Assembly: GCA_963654425.1 (NCBI GenBank)
Contig: CAVKAR010000001.1
Coordinates: 888 to 64,887, forward strand
Length of the DNA stretch: 64,000 bases
From: Lachnospiraceae bacterium
GTDB taxonomy: Bacteria; Bacillota_I; Bacilli_A; RFN20; CAG-826
Direction of reading: 5' to 3'
This document shows, one piece after another, positions 56,460-64,000 of the stretch. The position numbers were made by a program, and so were the translations under genes. Position 1 is the stretch's first letter; the number at the start of each line of letters is the position of its first letter. Under the pieces are notes generated by a model that was not told the DNA's origin, did no database searches, and saw only the letters and a program-made list of their open reading frames with translations.

Positions 56460-57167
56460 TTAGTCGTTATTGACTGGCTCTGCTTCAGGCTCAGCGTCGA
56501 TGACATCGGCAGGTTTATTGCTTTCAGCGATGGTTTCTTTGACATCTTTGATGACATCTTTCGCCTTTTTGACTTTACGAGCGATAGAGATAGTGAGGAC
56601 GCCCAAGACGATGCCGACCGCGATAAGAACAAGGCCCAAGATGATGAGGAAGATGAGCATGATCGTATCTTGCTTGGTGAGATAGATGATAGCCATGACG
56701 CCAAGAGCGATGACGATGGCAGCTCCGATGATCGAGAAGATATTGCCGATGAGCAGATTCATCTTCTTGACGATATAGACGATTGCATAGATGATGGCAA
56801 CGGCCCCAACGGTGATGAGGAAAATGCCGATGAATAAGCCAATGAACTTGAAGACGACTTCAAGGCTTGCGGATTCCTGGTAAGAAAGAATCAAAATGAT
56901 GCCTAAGGCGAGTTCCAAAGAGCCAGTCGCCGCTTCGATATAGTCGGTCCTCATGATGGCTTTGTCGCCGATGCGGATGACGTCGATCACCCCAAGAGCC
57001 AATCTCAAAGTGGCGTCCAAGGCAACCAAGATGCCGACGATCAATAGAGCTGTTTTCTGGAAATCGGCGTTGTTGCAGAAAGCGACGCACATGACGCCAC
57101 CTGCGATAAGGATCAACGATTCGACGAGGTTCCAGATAAGCCAGCTGATGCTTCCACGCTTTAACAT
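56460..57167 (-). CDS. DUF308/HdeD-like membrane protein with an acidic/basic C-terminal tail
   Basis: It has about 6 TM helices with repeated small-residue motifs. GGAGGA RBS lies upstream. Confidence 0.65.
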   Translation of the reverse strand: MLKRGSISWLIWNLVESLILIAGGVMCVAFCNNADFQKTALLIVGILVALDATLRLALGVIDVIRIGDKAIMRTDYIEAATGSLELALGIILILSYQESASLEVVFKFIGLFIGIFLITVGAVAIIYAIVYIVKKMNLLIGNIFSIIGAAIVIALGVMAIIYLTKQDTIMLIFLIILGLVLIAVGIVLGVLTISIARKVKKAKDVIKDVKETIAESNKPADVIDAEPEAEPVNND

Positions 57168-57263
57168 AGAAATAAATCCTCCAAATGCTCATTAACTATA
57201 TTGCTATTGACAATATAGGACAAACAAAAAGAGCGTTTTTGAACAAAATAGTAGAAAACGTCG

Positions 57264-58079
57264 TTATTCTTTAGGGCCTTCGATTTGCTCGACTCTGGAA
57301 GAAGTATTGATTTGCCTCGGTGCGTCTTTTCCGCCTTCGTTTGATGAGACGGTCGCATCCACATATACCTCTTTGGCGTTCGCATAAGGGCGAGCATCGT
57401 AGCTTTGATGCTCGATAATGGTCGATTGACTGGCTTCTTTAGCCTCCTTTTTGGCCTTTTTGAGAGTCACGATCGTGATGATCATCTGAGCGATTGAGGC
57501 AATGCACAAAATGGAACCTGTGAGAATCAAGACGATGTTGGTGTTGTCTTGGCGGTAGTAAAGGATGAATATCGCGATGCCGACGCCCACTAAAATCGCG
57601 GAGAACATTATTTCGAGAATAGGCATGAAAAGCCCACCGTATTTTCTGGCGATGGTGACGATGGAGAAAATAATGAGGAGCATGCCGATGGCAATGAGGA
57701 GTGTCGCGATGAAATTGGCGATGAAATAAGTGAAGATGTGCTGATTCGTCAAACGGAAGAAATGGATTTCCATGAGGACCATCACGACCCCAATCGTGAT
57801 TTCGAATCCGCCGATGAGCATACCCGATTCGTCGGTTTCCTTAAGCCCGCGGTAGTGGACTAAGCTCATCACGACGCGGAGGATGCCGTCTAGCAGCACG
57901 AAGGCGCTTGCAACATAAGCGATGATCGATTCCATATTCATGTTGCTGAGCGTTTCGTTATCGCCGCTCATGAAAGCGACGACGATCGCCAAAACCCCTG
58001 CCGCCAAAAGGATGATGGCTTCCAAAAAGTTCCAAACACCCCAGAATTTATTCAGTTTTGCCTTGTTTTGTTCATTCAT
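57264..58079 (-). CDS. DUF308/HdeD-like membrane protein, paralog of the neighbouring gene
   Basis: The architecture is the same (WGVWNFLEAIILLAAGVLAIV…) and it also has a charged soluble tail. AGGAG RBS lies upstream. Confidence 0.65.
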   Translation of the reverse strand: MNEQNKAKLNKFWGVWNFLEAIILLAAGVLAIVVAFMSGDNETLSNMNMESIIAYVASAFVLLDGILRVVMSLVHYRGLKETDESGMLIGGFEITIGVVMVLMEIHFFRLTNQHIFTYFIANFIATLLIAIGMLLIIFSIVTIARKYGGLFMPILEIMFSAILVGVGIAIFILYYRQDNTNIVLILTGSILCIASIAQMIITIVTLKKAKKEAKEASQSTIIEHQSYDARPYANAKEVYVDATVSSNEGGKDAPRQINTSSRVEQIEGPKE

Positions 58080-58111
58080 TGCCGTTTCTCCTTCGAGATT
58101 TATTGCCTTTA

Positions 58112-58128
58112 GGGATATAGTATATCCC
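58112..58128. promoter_or_regulatory. 17-bp perfect palindrome in a divergent promoter region
   Basis: GGGATATA-g-TATATCCC contains TATAGT on the plus strand and TATACT on the minus strand as candidate -10 boxes. Confidence 0.4.
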
Positions 58129-58141
58129 GAGGTTTAGAATT

Positions 58142-59368
58142 ATGGACGAAAGTTTAATCAAAAGATACGCCGAATTGATCGTCAATGTCGGCGCGGCCGT
58201 GAAAAAAGGCCAGTACGTTTTAATCAGAACCACCCCTGATCAAGAGAAGTTTGCCGCCCTAGTCGCCGAAGAATGCTACAAAGCCGGTGCGAAACGTGTT
58301 TGCATGGAATGGAGGAGCCAAATCCTCGATAAAGTCCATTATGCTTATGGCAGTGCCGAAGATTTGGGCCATCTCACCGCCTACGATTACGGGTTTCAGA
58401 AATTCCAGACAGAGGATCTCCCCGTCCTCATTTGGCTTGACGCCGAAGACCCGGATGGCTTAAAAGGGGTTGATGCGAGAAAAATGGCCGAAGTCCGAGC
58501 CCTCAGATACAAAGGCGCTCAAAAGCTCATTGAGGAGAGAGAAGGCAAATACCAATGGTGCATCGCCGGCTGCCCAAGCCTCAATTGGGCGAAGAAGGTT
58601 TTCCCCGCTCTTAATGATGAAGAAGCTTACGAAAAGCTATGGGAAGCCATTCTCTACACGTCAAGAGCCGATGATGGCAATGGCGAAGCAAACTGGGCAA
58701 AACACGAACTCGATTTGAAAAACCGCTGCAAAACCCTAAACGATATGCATTTAAGGAAATTGCATTATCTAAGCAAAAACGGCACCGATTTAACGATTGG
58801 CCTTATTCCTGGCGTCATTTTCCTCGGTGGTGGAGAGCTCACTCCGGATGGAACCCTATATCAGCCAAACATCCCAAGCGAAGAATGCTTCACCTCCCCG
58901 ATGAAGGGCGAAGCGGAAGGCGTTGTCCATTCAGCCAAGCCGCTTGTATATAACGGCCAAGTGATTGAGGATTTCTATTTCGTTTTCCATAAAGGCAAAG
59001 TAGTTGACTGCCACGCCAAAAAAGGCGAAGAAGTGCTTAAAAGCATTTTGACGCTCGACGAAGGGGCCTCTTATTTAGGGGAGGCGGCTTTGGTTCCTTT
59101 TTCCTCTCCGATCAATCAAACGGGACTCCTTTTCTTCAACACTCTTTATGATGAGAATGCCTGCTGCCATCTTGCAATTGGCAGAGGTTTCCCTTCTTTG
59201 TACCCGGATTATCAGAAATACAGCGCCGATGAGATTCTCTCCTTTGGCATCAACCGTTCCCTCTCGCACGTCGATTTCATGATCGGCACTGCCGATTTGA
59301 CCATCATCGGAACAAAAGAAAACGGCGAGGAAGTGAAGATATTCGAAAACGGCACTTGGGCCTTTTAG
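58142..59368 (+). CDS. Aminopeptidase, M29 (AmpS/PepS) family
   Basis: The call rests on LIKRYAELIVNVGAAVKKGQ…, EECFTSP and CHLAIG, which are typical of M29. Confidence 0.85.
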   Translation: MDESLIKRYAELIVNVGAAVKKGQYVLIRTTPDQEKFAALVAEECYKAGAKRVCMEWRSQILDKVHYAYGSAEDLGHLTAYDYGFQKFQTEDLPVLIWLDAEDPDGLKGVDARKMAEVRALRYKGAQKLIEEREGKYQWCIAGCPSLNWAKKVFPALNDEEAYEKLWEAILYTSRADDGNGEANWAKHELDLKNRCKTLNDMHLRKLHYLSKNGTDLTIGLIPGVIFLGGGELTPDGTLYQPNIPSEECFTSPMKGEAEGVVHSAKPLVYNGQVIEDFYFVFHKGKVVDCHAKKGEEVLKSILTLDEGASYLGEAALVPFSSPINQTGLLFFNTLYDENACCHLAIGRGFPSLYPDYQKYSADEILSFGINRSLSHVDFMIGTADLTIIGTKENGEEVKIFENGTWAF

Positions 59369-60807
59369 TTATCGATAATCCCGCCTTCAGCGGCGGAAGA
59401 AGCCGGTTCATCTTGCGCGTGCTCGCCTGAATCGGCTAAAACTGCGCCGCGGATAGATGGGGCAAAATCAAGGAAGGCATCGCTCTCGGCGATGTCTTTT
59501 TCTTCTTGAAGGAGCGTCAAGTAGCTTTCCTCGGTGAGGCTTTCGTTGATGAGCTTCCTTATTTCTTTGTAAGAGGAATAGAAAGGGCTATCGAGGGCCT
59601 CTTCCTCTTCCTTGGTGAGCTCAATCAAATAATAGGCGTCTTTCCACACCATTTCCTTCATGCTTGATTTGCTTTCTTCGTCCACTAGGGAGAGAGTGTC
59701 GATCTCGTTGGATATTTCTTTCTTTTTCGCCTCGATCAATGACGAATTATCGACATGATCCTCATCAAAGGCGCTGAAATAGGCCGAGGCGGTGCCGTGG
59801 AGCAAAGCGTCTAGGGCTAAAGGCGACAATTTGGCTTCCCTAGCTGAGGCAATGGTGGAAGAAAGAGAGTTAAGCGTTTTTTCATCCATCTTGAGGTAGT
59901 TGTTGATATCGAGGAGCGGGGTGTCGTTAGTTGTCTTGAATGAGGAATAAGCATCGATGATTTGATGCTTTTTCTCGGTATCCATTTTTTTGAAATCGGT
60001 CAAATCAAGGCCATCGCACCCATCTACGAAACTGAGGCTAGCGTAGACACCCAGGCCTTTTTCCGCCCTTTTGAGAGCCTTGTCGAAAGCCGATCCGTAT
60101 TCTTTCTTTTTATTTTCGATGTTGCTTTCACTAGCGGCGAAATAAGTGATTTGAAGCTTGTTTGGCTCTTCTTTGCTGCCGTTTTCTAGATACCCCATCG
60201 TATAAGCGGGTTTTAATAGGCTTGTTGCGAACAATACATCGTCTTCATAGTAAAGGGAGGGGAAACAGGCTGATTTTTTCACCAAAGAGGCGCTGTAATT
60301 GTTGGCTTTCAAAGAGGACGGATTCACTTTCCCGTTTTCTTCAACGCGGAAAGAATAAGATAGTGAATAAGGATTCGTCGCCGGATCTTTTGCGTTCATG
60401 CTTGAAGGGGATATCGAAAGAAGCACCAGCGCGCTTTCATCGCTCTTTTCCCACGGTTTAGTGGCAAGCAAGGCCGAAGTAGAGGCCAAAACCACCGCAA
60501 AACTGGCTCCGATTGAGGCGGCAACCGGTTTGTTTTTCCTCATCCAGCAGCCAAAAGGGCTTTCCGCTTTGGTGGCTTTGAGCACGTCATTTTTGACATT
60601 TGGTATGATGCTCTCGCTTTCCGCATGGAGTTTTATTTTAAGAAAATCGGCATTCTCAATAGCCTCTTCTTTGCCGACTGTCAAAGCTTCAATTGGGGCA
60701 AAATTCTCTTTCGTGAAAAGAGGGGCTTCTTGCCTCAAGGCGAGGAGGATGTCTTGCTCAGACACGTCAGTTTTCTTGGTTGGCTTCTCTGAGACGCTTT
60801 TTCTCAT
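59365..60807 (-). CDS. Single-pass membrane protein, candidate anti-sigma factor
   Basis: It overlaps the 3' end of the ECF sigma gene by 41 nt. It has one TM helix (PVAASIGASFAVVLASTSALLA) at about aa 95-115 and a roughly 365-aa extracytoplasmic domain. No zf-HC2 motif was seen. Confidence 0.5.
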   Translation of the reverse strand: MRKSVSEKPTKKTDVSEQDILLALRQEAPLFTKENFAPIEALTVGKEEAIENADFLKIKLHAESESIIPNVKNDVLKATKAESPFGCWMRKNKPVAASIGASFAVVLASTSALLATKPWEKSDESALVLLSISPSSMNAKDPATNPYSLSYSFRVEENGKVNPSSLKANNYSASLVKKSACFPSLYYEDDVLFATSLLKPAYTMGYLENGSKEEPNKLQITYFAASESNIENKKKEYGSAFDKALKRAEKGLGVYASLSFVDGCDGLDLTDFKKMDTEKKHQIIDAYSSFKTTNDTPLLDINNYLKMDEKTLNSLSSTIASAREAKLSPLALDALLHGTASAYFSAFDEDHVDNSSLIEAKKKEISNEIDTLSLVDEESKSSMKEMVWKDAYYLIELTKEEEEALDSPFYSSYKEIRKLINESLTEESYLTLLQEEKDIAESDAFLDFAPSIRGAVLADSGEHAQDEPASSAAEGGIIDN

Positions 60808-61339
60808 ATCTGCGATCTTCTTCCTCCAAGGCTTTTTTGATTTTCTTGATGGCGTTGTTGTATTTCCAAGTCACCGTCCCTAGAGGCAAATGCAGGAATT
60901 CCGCGATTTCCCGGTGTTTGTAATCGCCGATGGCGAACATCATGACGATATTGAATTCTTCTTCTGAGAGTATTTTGTTGGCCAGAGTGATAGTGGGGGT
61001 ATCCACTTCGCCGAGATAATAAACCCCATCTGGCCTATTCTCGTCGCTGAAATCGTAAGAGATTTCCCTATTTTTCTTTTTAAGCATGCTGATGGCCGCG
61101 TTTTTGGCGATGGTCAAAAGCCAGTTGCGGGCACTCGTCCCCGGCTTATAGTCCTGGATATGGTTATAGCAAGCTACGTAGGTGTCTTGCATGACATCTT
61201 CCGCGAGCTGATAGTCGTGAAGAAGGGGCAAGACGAAAGTGAAAACGCCGCGTGAAGTCAACGAATAAATATCCGCGAGGGCGTTTCCGTTGCCTTCTTG
61301 CAGCGACAGCATCGATTTTTCGAGTTCTTGTTCGTTCAT
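60767..61339 (-). CDS. ECF-type sigma-70 family sigma factor
   Basis: Region 2 is DVMQDTYVACYNHIQDY…ARNWLLTIAKNAA. Region 4 is the HTH REIAEFLHLPLGTVTWKYNNAIKKI. Confidence 0.85.
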   Translation of the reverse strand: MNEQELEKSMLSLQEGNGNALADIYSLTSRGVFTFVLPLLHDYQLAEDVMQDTYVACYNHIQDYKPGTSARNWLLTIAKNAAISMLKKKNREISYDFSDENRPDGVYYLGEVDTPTITLANKILSEEEFNIVMMFAIGDYKHREIAEFLHLPLGTVTWKYNNAIKKIKKALEEEDRRYEKKRLREANQEN

Positions 61340-61350
61340 TTTCTTAAAAA

Positions 61351-61387
61351 GGGGGCGTTACTCATCTAGGGGCTCGGCAACGCCCTC
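61351..61387 (-). terminator. Terminator-like hairpin plus U5 ending about 10 nt upstream of the sigma-factor ATG
   Basis: Minus-strand RNA reads GGGCGUU-(19 nt)-AACGCCC-CC-UUUUU-AAGAAA-AUG. Confidence 0.4.
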
Positions 61388-61448
61388 TTAAGCACGATAA
61401 CGTGCTCACATTATAAAATAGCGGATCTTGTTTTTTGTTGGCGAAATT

Positions 61449-61757
61449 TCAAATTTGTTCAAGACCTACGATTTCGGAAAACCCGATGCGGATATCGTTC
61501 ATCTCGACAATCTTATAAATTGGGTCAATTCTATCGATGGCGCCACGCGATTGTCTCACTTTCCCACGCGCATAGAAATAAAGACAGACTTCTTCGCCGG
61601 CGTAAGAGGAAAGCATTTCGTTTATTTCCTCGGCCTTATCTTCCGAAACAAGCGGCTTTTCGATTTCTTCTTTTTTGCTCATCATATCGGATAGGTATTT
61701 CTCCTGCTCCGATAGCGATTTATACGACATCCACTTCATCATGCCTCTGTCTCTCAT
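61449..61757 (-). CDS. YolD-like protein
   Basis: It is about 100 aa. MKWMSYKSL…KPLVSEDKAEEINEML…VCLYFYARG…GAIDRIDP fits the YolD family pattern. It overlaps the polymerase stop by 4 nt. Confidence 0.6.
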   Translation of the reverse strand: MRDRGMMKWMSYKSLSEQEKYLSDMMSKKEEIEKPLVSEDKAEEINEMLSSYAGEEVCLYFYARGKVRQSRGAIDRIDPIYKIVEMNDIRIGFSEIVGLEQI

Positions 61758-62998
61758 TGCTTGTGCCCTCCTATTTGCGCGTTTCTGCTTTTGACCGTCG
61801 AATGACTCAATAATGAGGAGCAGCGCAGGACGCTATTTTTGCCAAAAGCCTCTTTGATGGAATCAAGAGTTCGATATAGCGACCTCTCCTCTTCTCGCTC
61901 ATCCTCGTCACCAAAAAGGTTCCCTTGCTCGTAATTTCCGCTTTTTAGGTTAGAAAGCGACAAGTTGATTCCTCGTATCGGGAGCTCGTTTACGCCCTTT
62001 TCATAAATGGATGAAAAACCATTGAAGACATCTTTGAATTCATCGCTTGGATAAGGAAGGGACATTTGCTTGGCGAACCCTCCGTACCCCCTCGAATAGC
62101 CGACGAACAAGGAAATCCTGCTAGCCATAAGCCCTATTTTCCTTAAGCGGTAGAGCAAATCGTCGCACATCTCTTTGAGGATGAGCCTTCCTTCGCTTTT
62201 CGAGTAATCGCGCATCAAGGTTTGGCCAAGCGAAACGCTTCTTTCTCTCGGGGTATAGCTATCCTCGATATCGCTCTCATCGATCCCGTTTGATAAAGAG
62301 TGGAGCTGGTCCCCGATGATGCCAAACTCATCTTCAAGGAGAGAAGAAGGGGCGACGGCTAAATCCTTCACCGTTCTGATTCCTATTCTTTTCAAACGAG
62401 CAGCCGTTCTTTCGCCGATGCTCCAGATATCGGAAAGGTTCTTTATGCCCCACAATTTGTTTTCGACCTCGTTTTTGCCCCAAACGGCCAAATACGGAGC
62501 CTTCTTTTTCCCTTCGTTATCAAGAGCGAGCTTAGCGAGGAACATATTCGGTCCAAGACCGGAGGTGGCCGTCAAGCCCAACTCATCATATATGCGCTTC
62601 TGGATGCTTCTGACGATATCTTCCGGCTTCTTCTTATATAAGGATAAATAAGGTGTTAGGTTCAAGAAACTCTCATCCACGGAATAAACATGCAAATCGT
62701 CCTTAGCGATATAGTCGAGGAATATGGAATTGACCCTGGCCGACATCTTTAGATAAAAAGACATGCGCGGAGGGGCGAAAATGAGCCCTCTCACTTTCGG
62801 CAAATCCCTTTTCCGGCACACATTCGGAACCCCGTATTTGCTTTTTAGGTATGGCGATACGCTCATGACCACGCTTCCTTCTCCGCGTGAAGGATCAGCG
62901 CAGACCAAGGGCACGGAAAAAGGATCGAGGTGGCGGGCGCTGCATTCGCATGAAGCGTAGAAACTCTTCAGATCGATGATTGCCACAACCTTTTCCAT
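61754..62998 (-). CDS. Y-family DNA polymerase (UmuC/UvrX/PolIV-like)
   Basis: It has IDLKSFYASCE, VYSVDESFL and little-finger region features. Confidence 0.88.
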   Translation of the reverse strand: MEKVVAIIDLKSFYASCECSARHLDPFSVPLVCADPSRGEGSVVMSVSPYLKSKYGVPNVCRKRDLPKVRGLIFAPPRMSFYLKMSARVNSIFLDYIAKDDLHVYSVDESFLNLTPYLSLYKKKPEDIVRSIQKRIYDELGLTATSGLGPNMFLAKLALDNEGKKKAPYLAVWGKNEVENKLWGIKNLSDIWSIGERTAARLKRIGIRTVKDLAVAPSSLLEDEFGIIGDQLHSLSNGIDESDIEDSYTPRERSVSLGQTLMRDYSKSEGRLILKEMCDDLLYRLRKIGLMASRISLFVGYSRGYGGFAKQMSLPYPSDEFKDVFNGFSSIYEKGVNELPIRGINLSLSNLKSGNYEQGNLFGDEDEREEERSLYRTLDSIKEAFGKNSVLRCSSLLSHSTVKSRNAQIGGHKQ

Positions 62999-63334
62999 GG
63001 GCTGGATTTTAAGGCTTCCCTTTAGAAGTAAAAGTCTTGTTTTTCAAAAGCGCGATAGCGTCTAAATATATTTTTATTTGTCTTTACAATTTAACAAAAA
63101 ATGTAGAGATTCCCTAATGATATGTTTGTATCACTTAAATTGATAATTCACTGAGCGCCGCTTAAAAGCCGAGAAATATGTACACTGTATATCTCTCGCT
63201 GCTTCGATAAAGACAAATCCATATCTCTCGGCCACATCGAAACAAAACGCCTCTCTTTACAATTGAGGCAAAAACTTGTTTCTTGAAATCGGCAAAGCAG
63301 CCTCAAAGAGGCAAGGAATCGGCCCCTTTTTTTA

Positions 63335-63362
63335 TTGTAACCGCCTCTTTCGTTGCTATAAT
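63335..63362 (+). promoter_or_regulatory. Putative promoter of tRNA-Ala
   Basis: TTGTAA (63335-63340), a 16-nt spacer, then TATAAT (63357-63362). It ends 22 nt before the tRNA 5' end. Confidence 0.6.
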
Positions 63363-63384
63363 AAGCGAGCCGAAAAAGGCATTT

Positions 63385-63460
63385 GGGGCATTAGCTCAGC
63401 TGGGAGAGCGCCTCGTTCGCAACGAGGAGGTCGGCGGTTCGATCCCGCTATGCTCCACCA
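63385..63460 (+). tRNA. tRNA-Ala, anticodon CGC, with encoded CCA
   Basis: The cloverleaf was folded by hand. The acceptor is GGGGCAT/ATGCTCC with G3:U70. The D arm is GCTC/GAGC. The anticodon stem is CCTCG/CGAGG with loop TTCGCAA. The T arm is GGCGG-TTCGATC-CCGCT. The 3' end is ACCA. Confidence 0.93.
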
Positions 63461-63563
63461 AATCGGTTTGCAGTCGAACCGGGTTATTGGAGATGTATCT
63501 CTATAACGGAACGTTCGCATAGGGTTAGATGCGAGAGGCATTCTCAAGCGATGACCGCATATT

Positions 63564-63592
63564 AGGCAGATTCGGAAGGGTCTGCTTTTTTG
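63564..63592 (+). terminator. Weak terminator about 100 nt downstream of the tRNA
   Basis: GCAGA-(10 nt)-TCTGC is followed by TTTTTT. Confidence 0.5.
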
Positions 63593-63843
63593 TTGCAAAA
63601 GCCACGGATTTCCTTAAGCTTCAGCATTTCGAGAAGGTTTATAACAGGGGGCCAACGAAGCGGTTTGTTATCAAAGATTCAGCTTTTGCCGATTTTTTAG
63701 ACCCTTAAGTGAATGTTGTCTTTACACGCTTGTCAACAATTGGGGAGAAAACTATTTGGAAAAGAAAGGAAAGAGAGAAATCGATGCCTTTCATAAAAAT
63801 CTCTCGACTATCAATATCGTCGGTAAACGCATCGTTTGGCAAT

Positions 63844-64000
63844 TCAGAAATATGGTTTGGATTGGTTGGGCTTTTCCTCATCGCTGATAAACAATCGTTC
63901 TTTTCGAATTTTGCCAAATTCGTTATATACTTCTTCTATGTTCCATTTTGTAAGTGGCGGCCTTGATTTCGCGCACAAACTCGATGATAAAGAAAAGCCG
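63844..64000 (-). CDS. Possible 3' end of a gene entering from the right edge (…LTKWNIEEVYNEFGKIRKERLFISDEEKPNQSKPYF*). Product unknown, possibly degraded.
   Basis: The frame is open from the window edge to TGA (63846-63844). A second frame is also briefly open, and a downstream overlapping ORF (63705-63917) continues in another frame. Confidence 0.25.
   Translation of the reverse strand, partial: GFSLSSSLCAKSRPPLTKWNIEEVYNEFGKIRKERLFISDEEKPNQSKPYF

Noticed and set aside
56433-56837. A 134-aa Asp/Glu-rich ORF on the plus strand
   Set aside because: It lies entirely antisense to the well-supported DUF308 membrane gene. Its composition is the mirror of hydrophobic codons, so it is a shadow ORF.
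63119-63132. GATATGTTTGTATC upstream of the Y-family polymerase as a possible LexA box
   Set aside because: Only the outer GATA/TATC are complementary. It does not match GAAC-N4-GTTC or CTGT-N8-ACAG.
63276-63598. Three ORFs (76-80 aa) overlapping the tRNA-Ala locus
   Set aside because: They cover a canonical tRNA cloverleaf with its promoter, so they are spurious.

Overview
This is a chromosomal window from a low-to-moderate GC Bacillota/Mycoplasmatota-type genome, about 90% coding. It is mostly housekeeping genes in classic Firmicute synteny: (minus strand) dnaX-ybaB-recR-tmk-holB-yaaT-rsmI; prfA-prmC-ywlC(tsaC)-rpiB; comFA-comFC-secA-prfB-yitT-uvrB; secG; folD; pfk. Several features point to an Acholeplasma-like or wall-less-Firmicute-like lineage that uses the standard code (inference only). 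These are a ClpB without the N-terminal domain behind a perfect CIRCE, a CIRCE-controlled hsp20, a PPi-type PFK signature, Ser-rich lipoprotein linkers, Lys-rich tails on core proteins, and RF2 with a UGA-dependent +1 frameshift. The left third (about 2.3-24.7 kb) is more accessory. It holds an orphan MsmX-like ABC ATPase, two esterases, an XRE-TM regulator, GT8, a PIN-domain protein with a huge Lys-rich tail, an M6-like lipoprotein, ybaK, hsp20, an M24 peptidase, GH2, a Cof phosphatase, an arginine-to-putrescine operon, mntP, a 5'-nucleotidase lipoprotein and a patatin. The right end carries an ECF sigma/anti-sigma pair, a YolD/Y-family polymerase cassette and tRNA-Ala(CGC). No CRISPR array, rRNA, transposase or integrase was recognised. 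The items most worth a second look are:
- a perfect 503-bp tandem duplication across the hsp20 CIRCE/promoter region;
- a divergent ThyX-fold protein that overlaps folD;
- an internally duplicated DUF1538 membrane protein coupled to a tandem P-II protein;
- an arginine-decarboxylase::agmatine-deiminase fusion;
- the PIN/Lys-rich protein;
- a recurrent leaderless-mRNA promoter geometry.

All calls come from reading the ORF translations and the DNA by eye. No database search was run.
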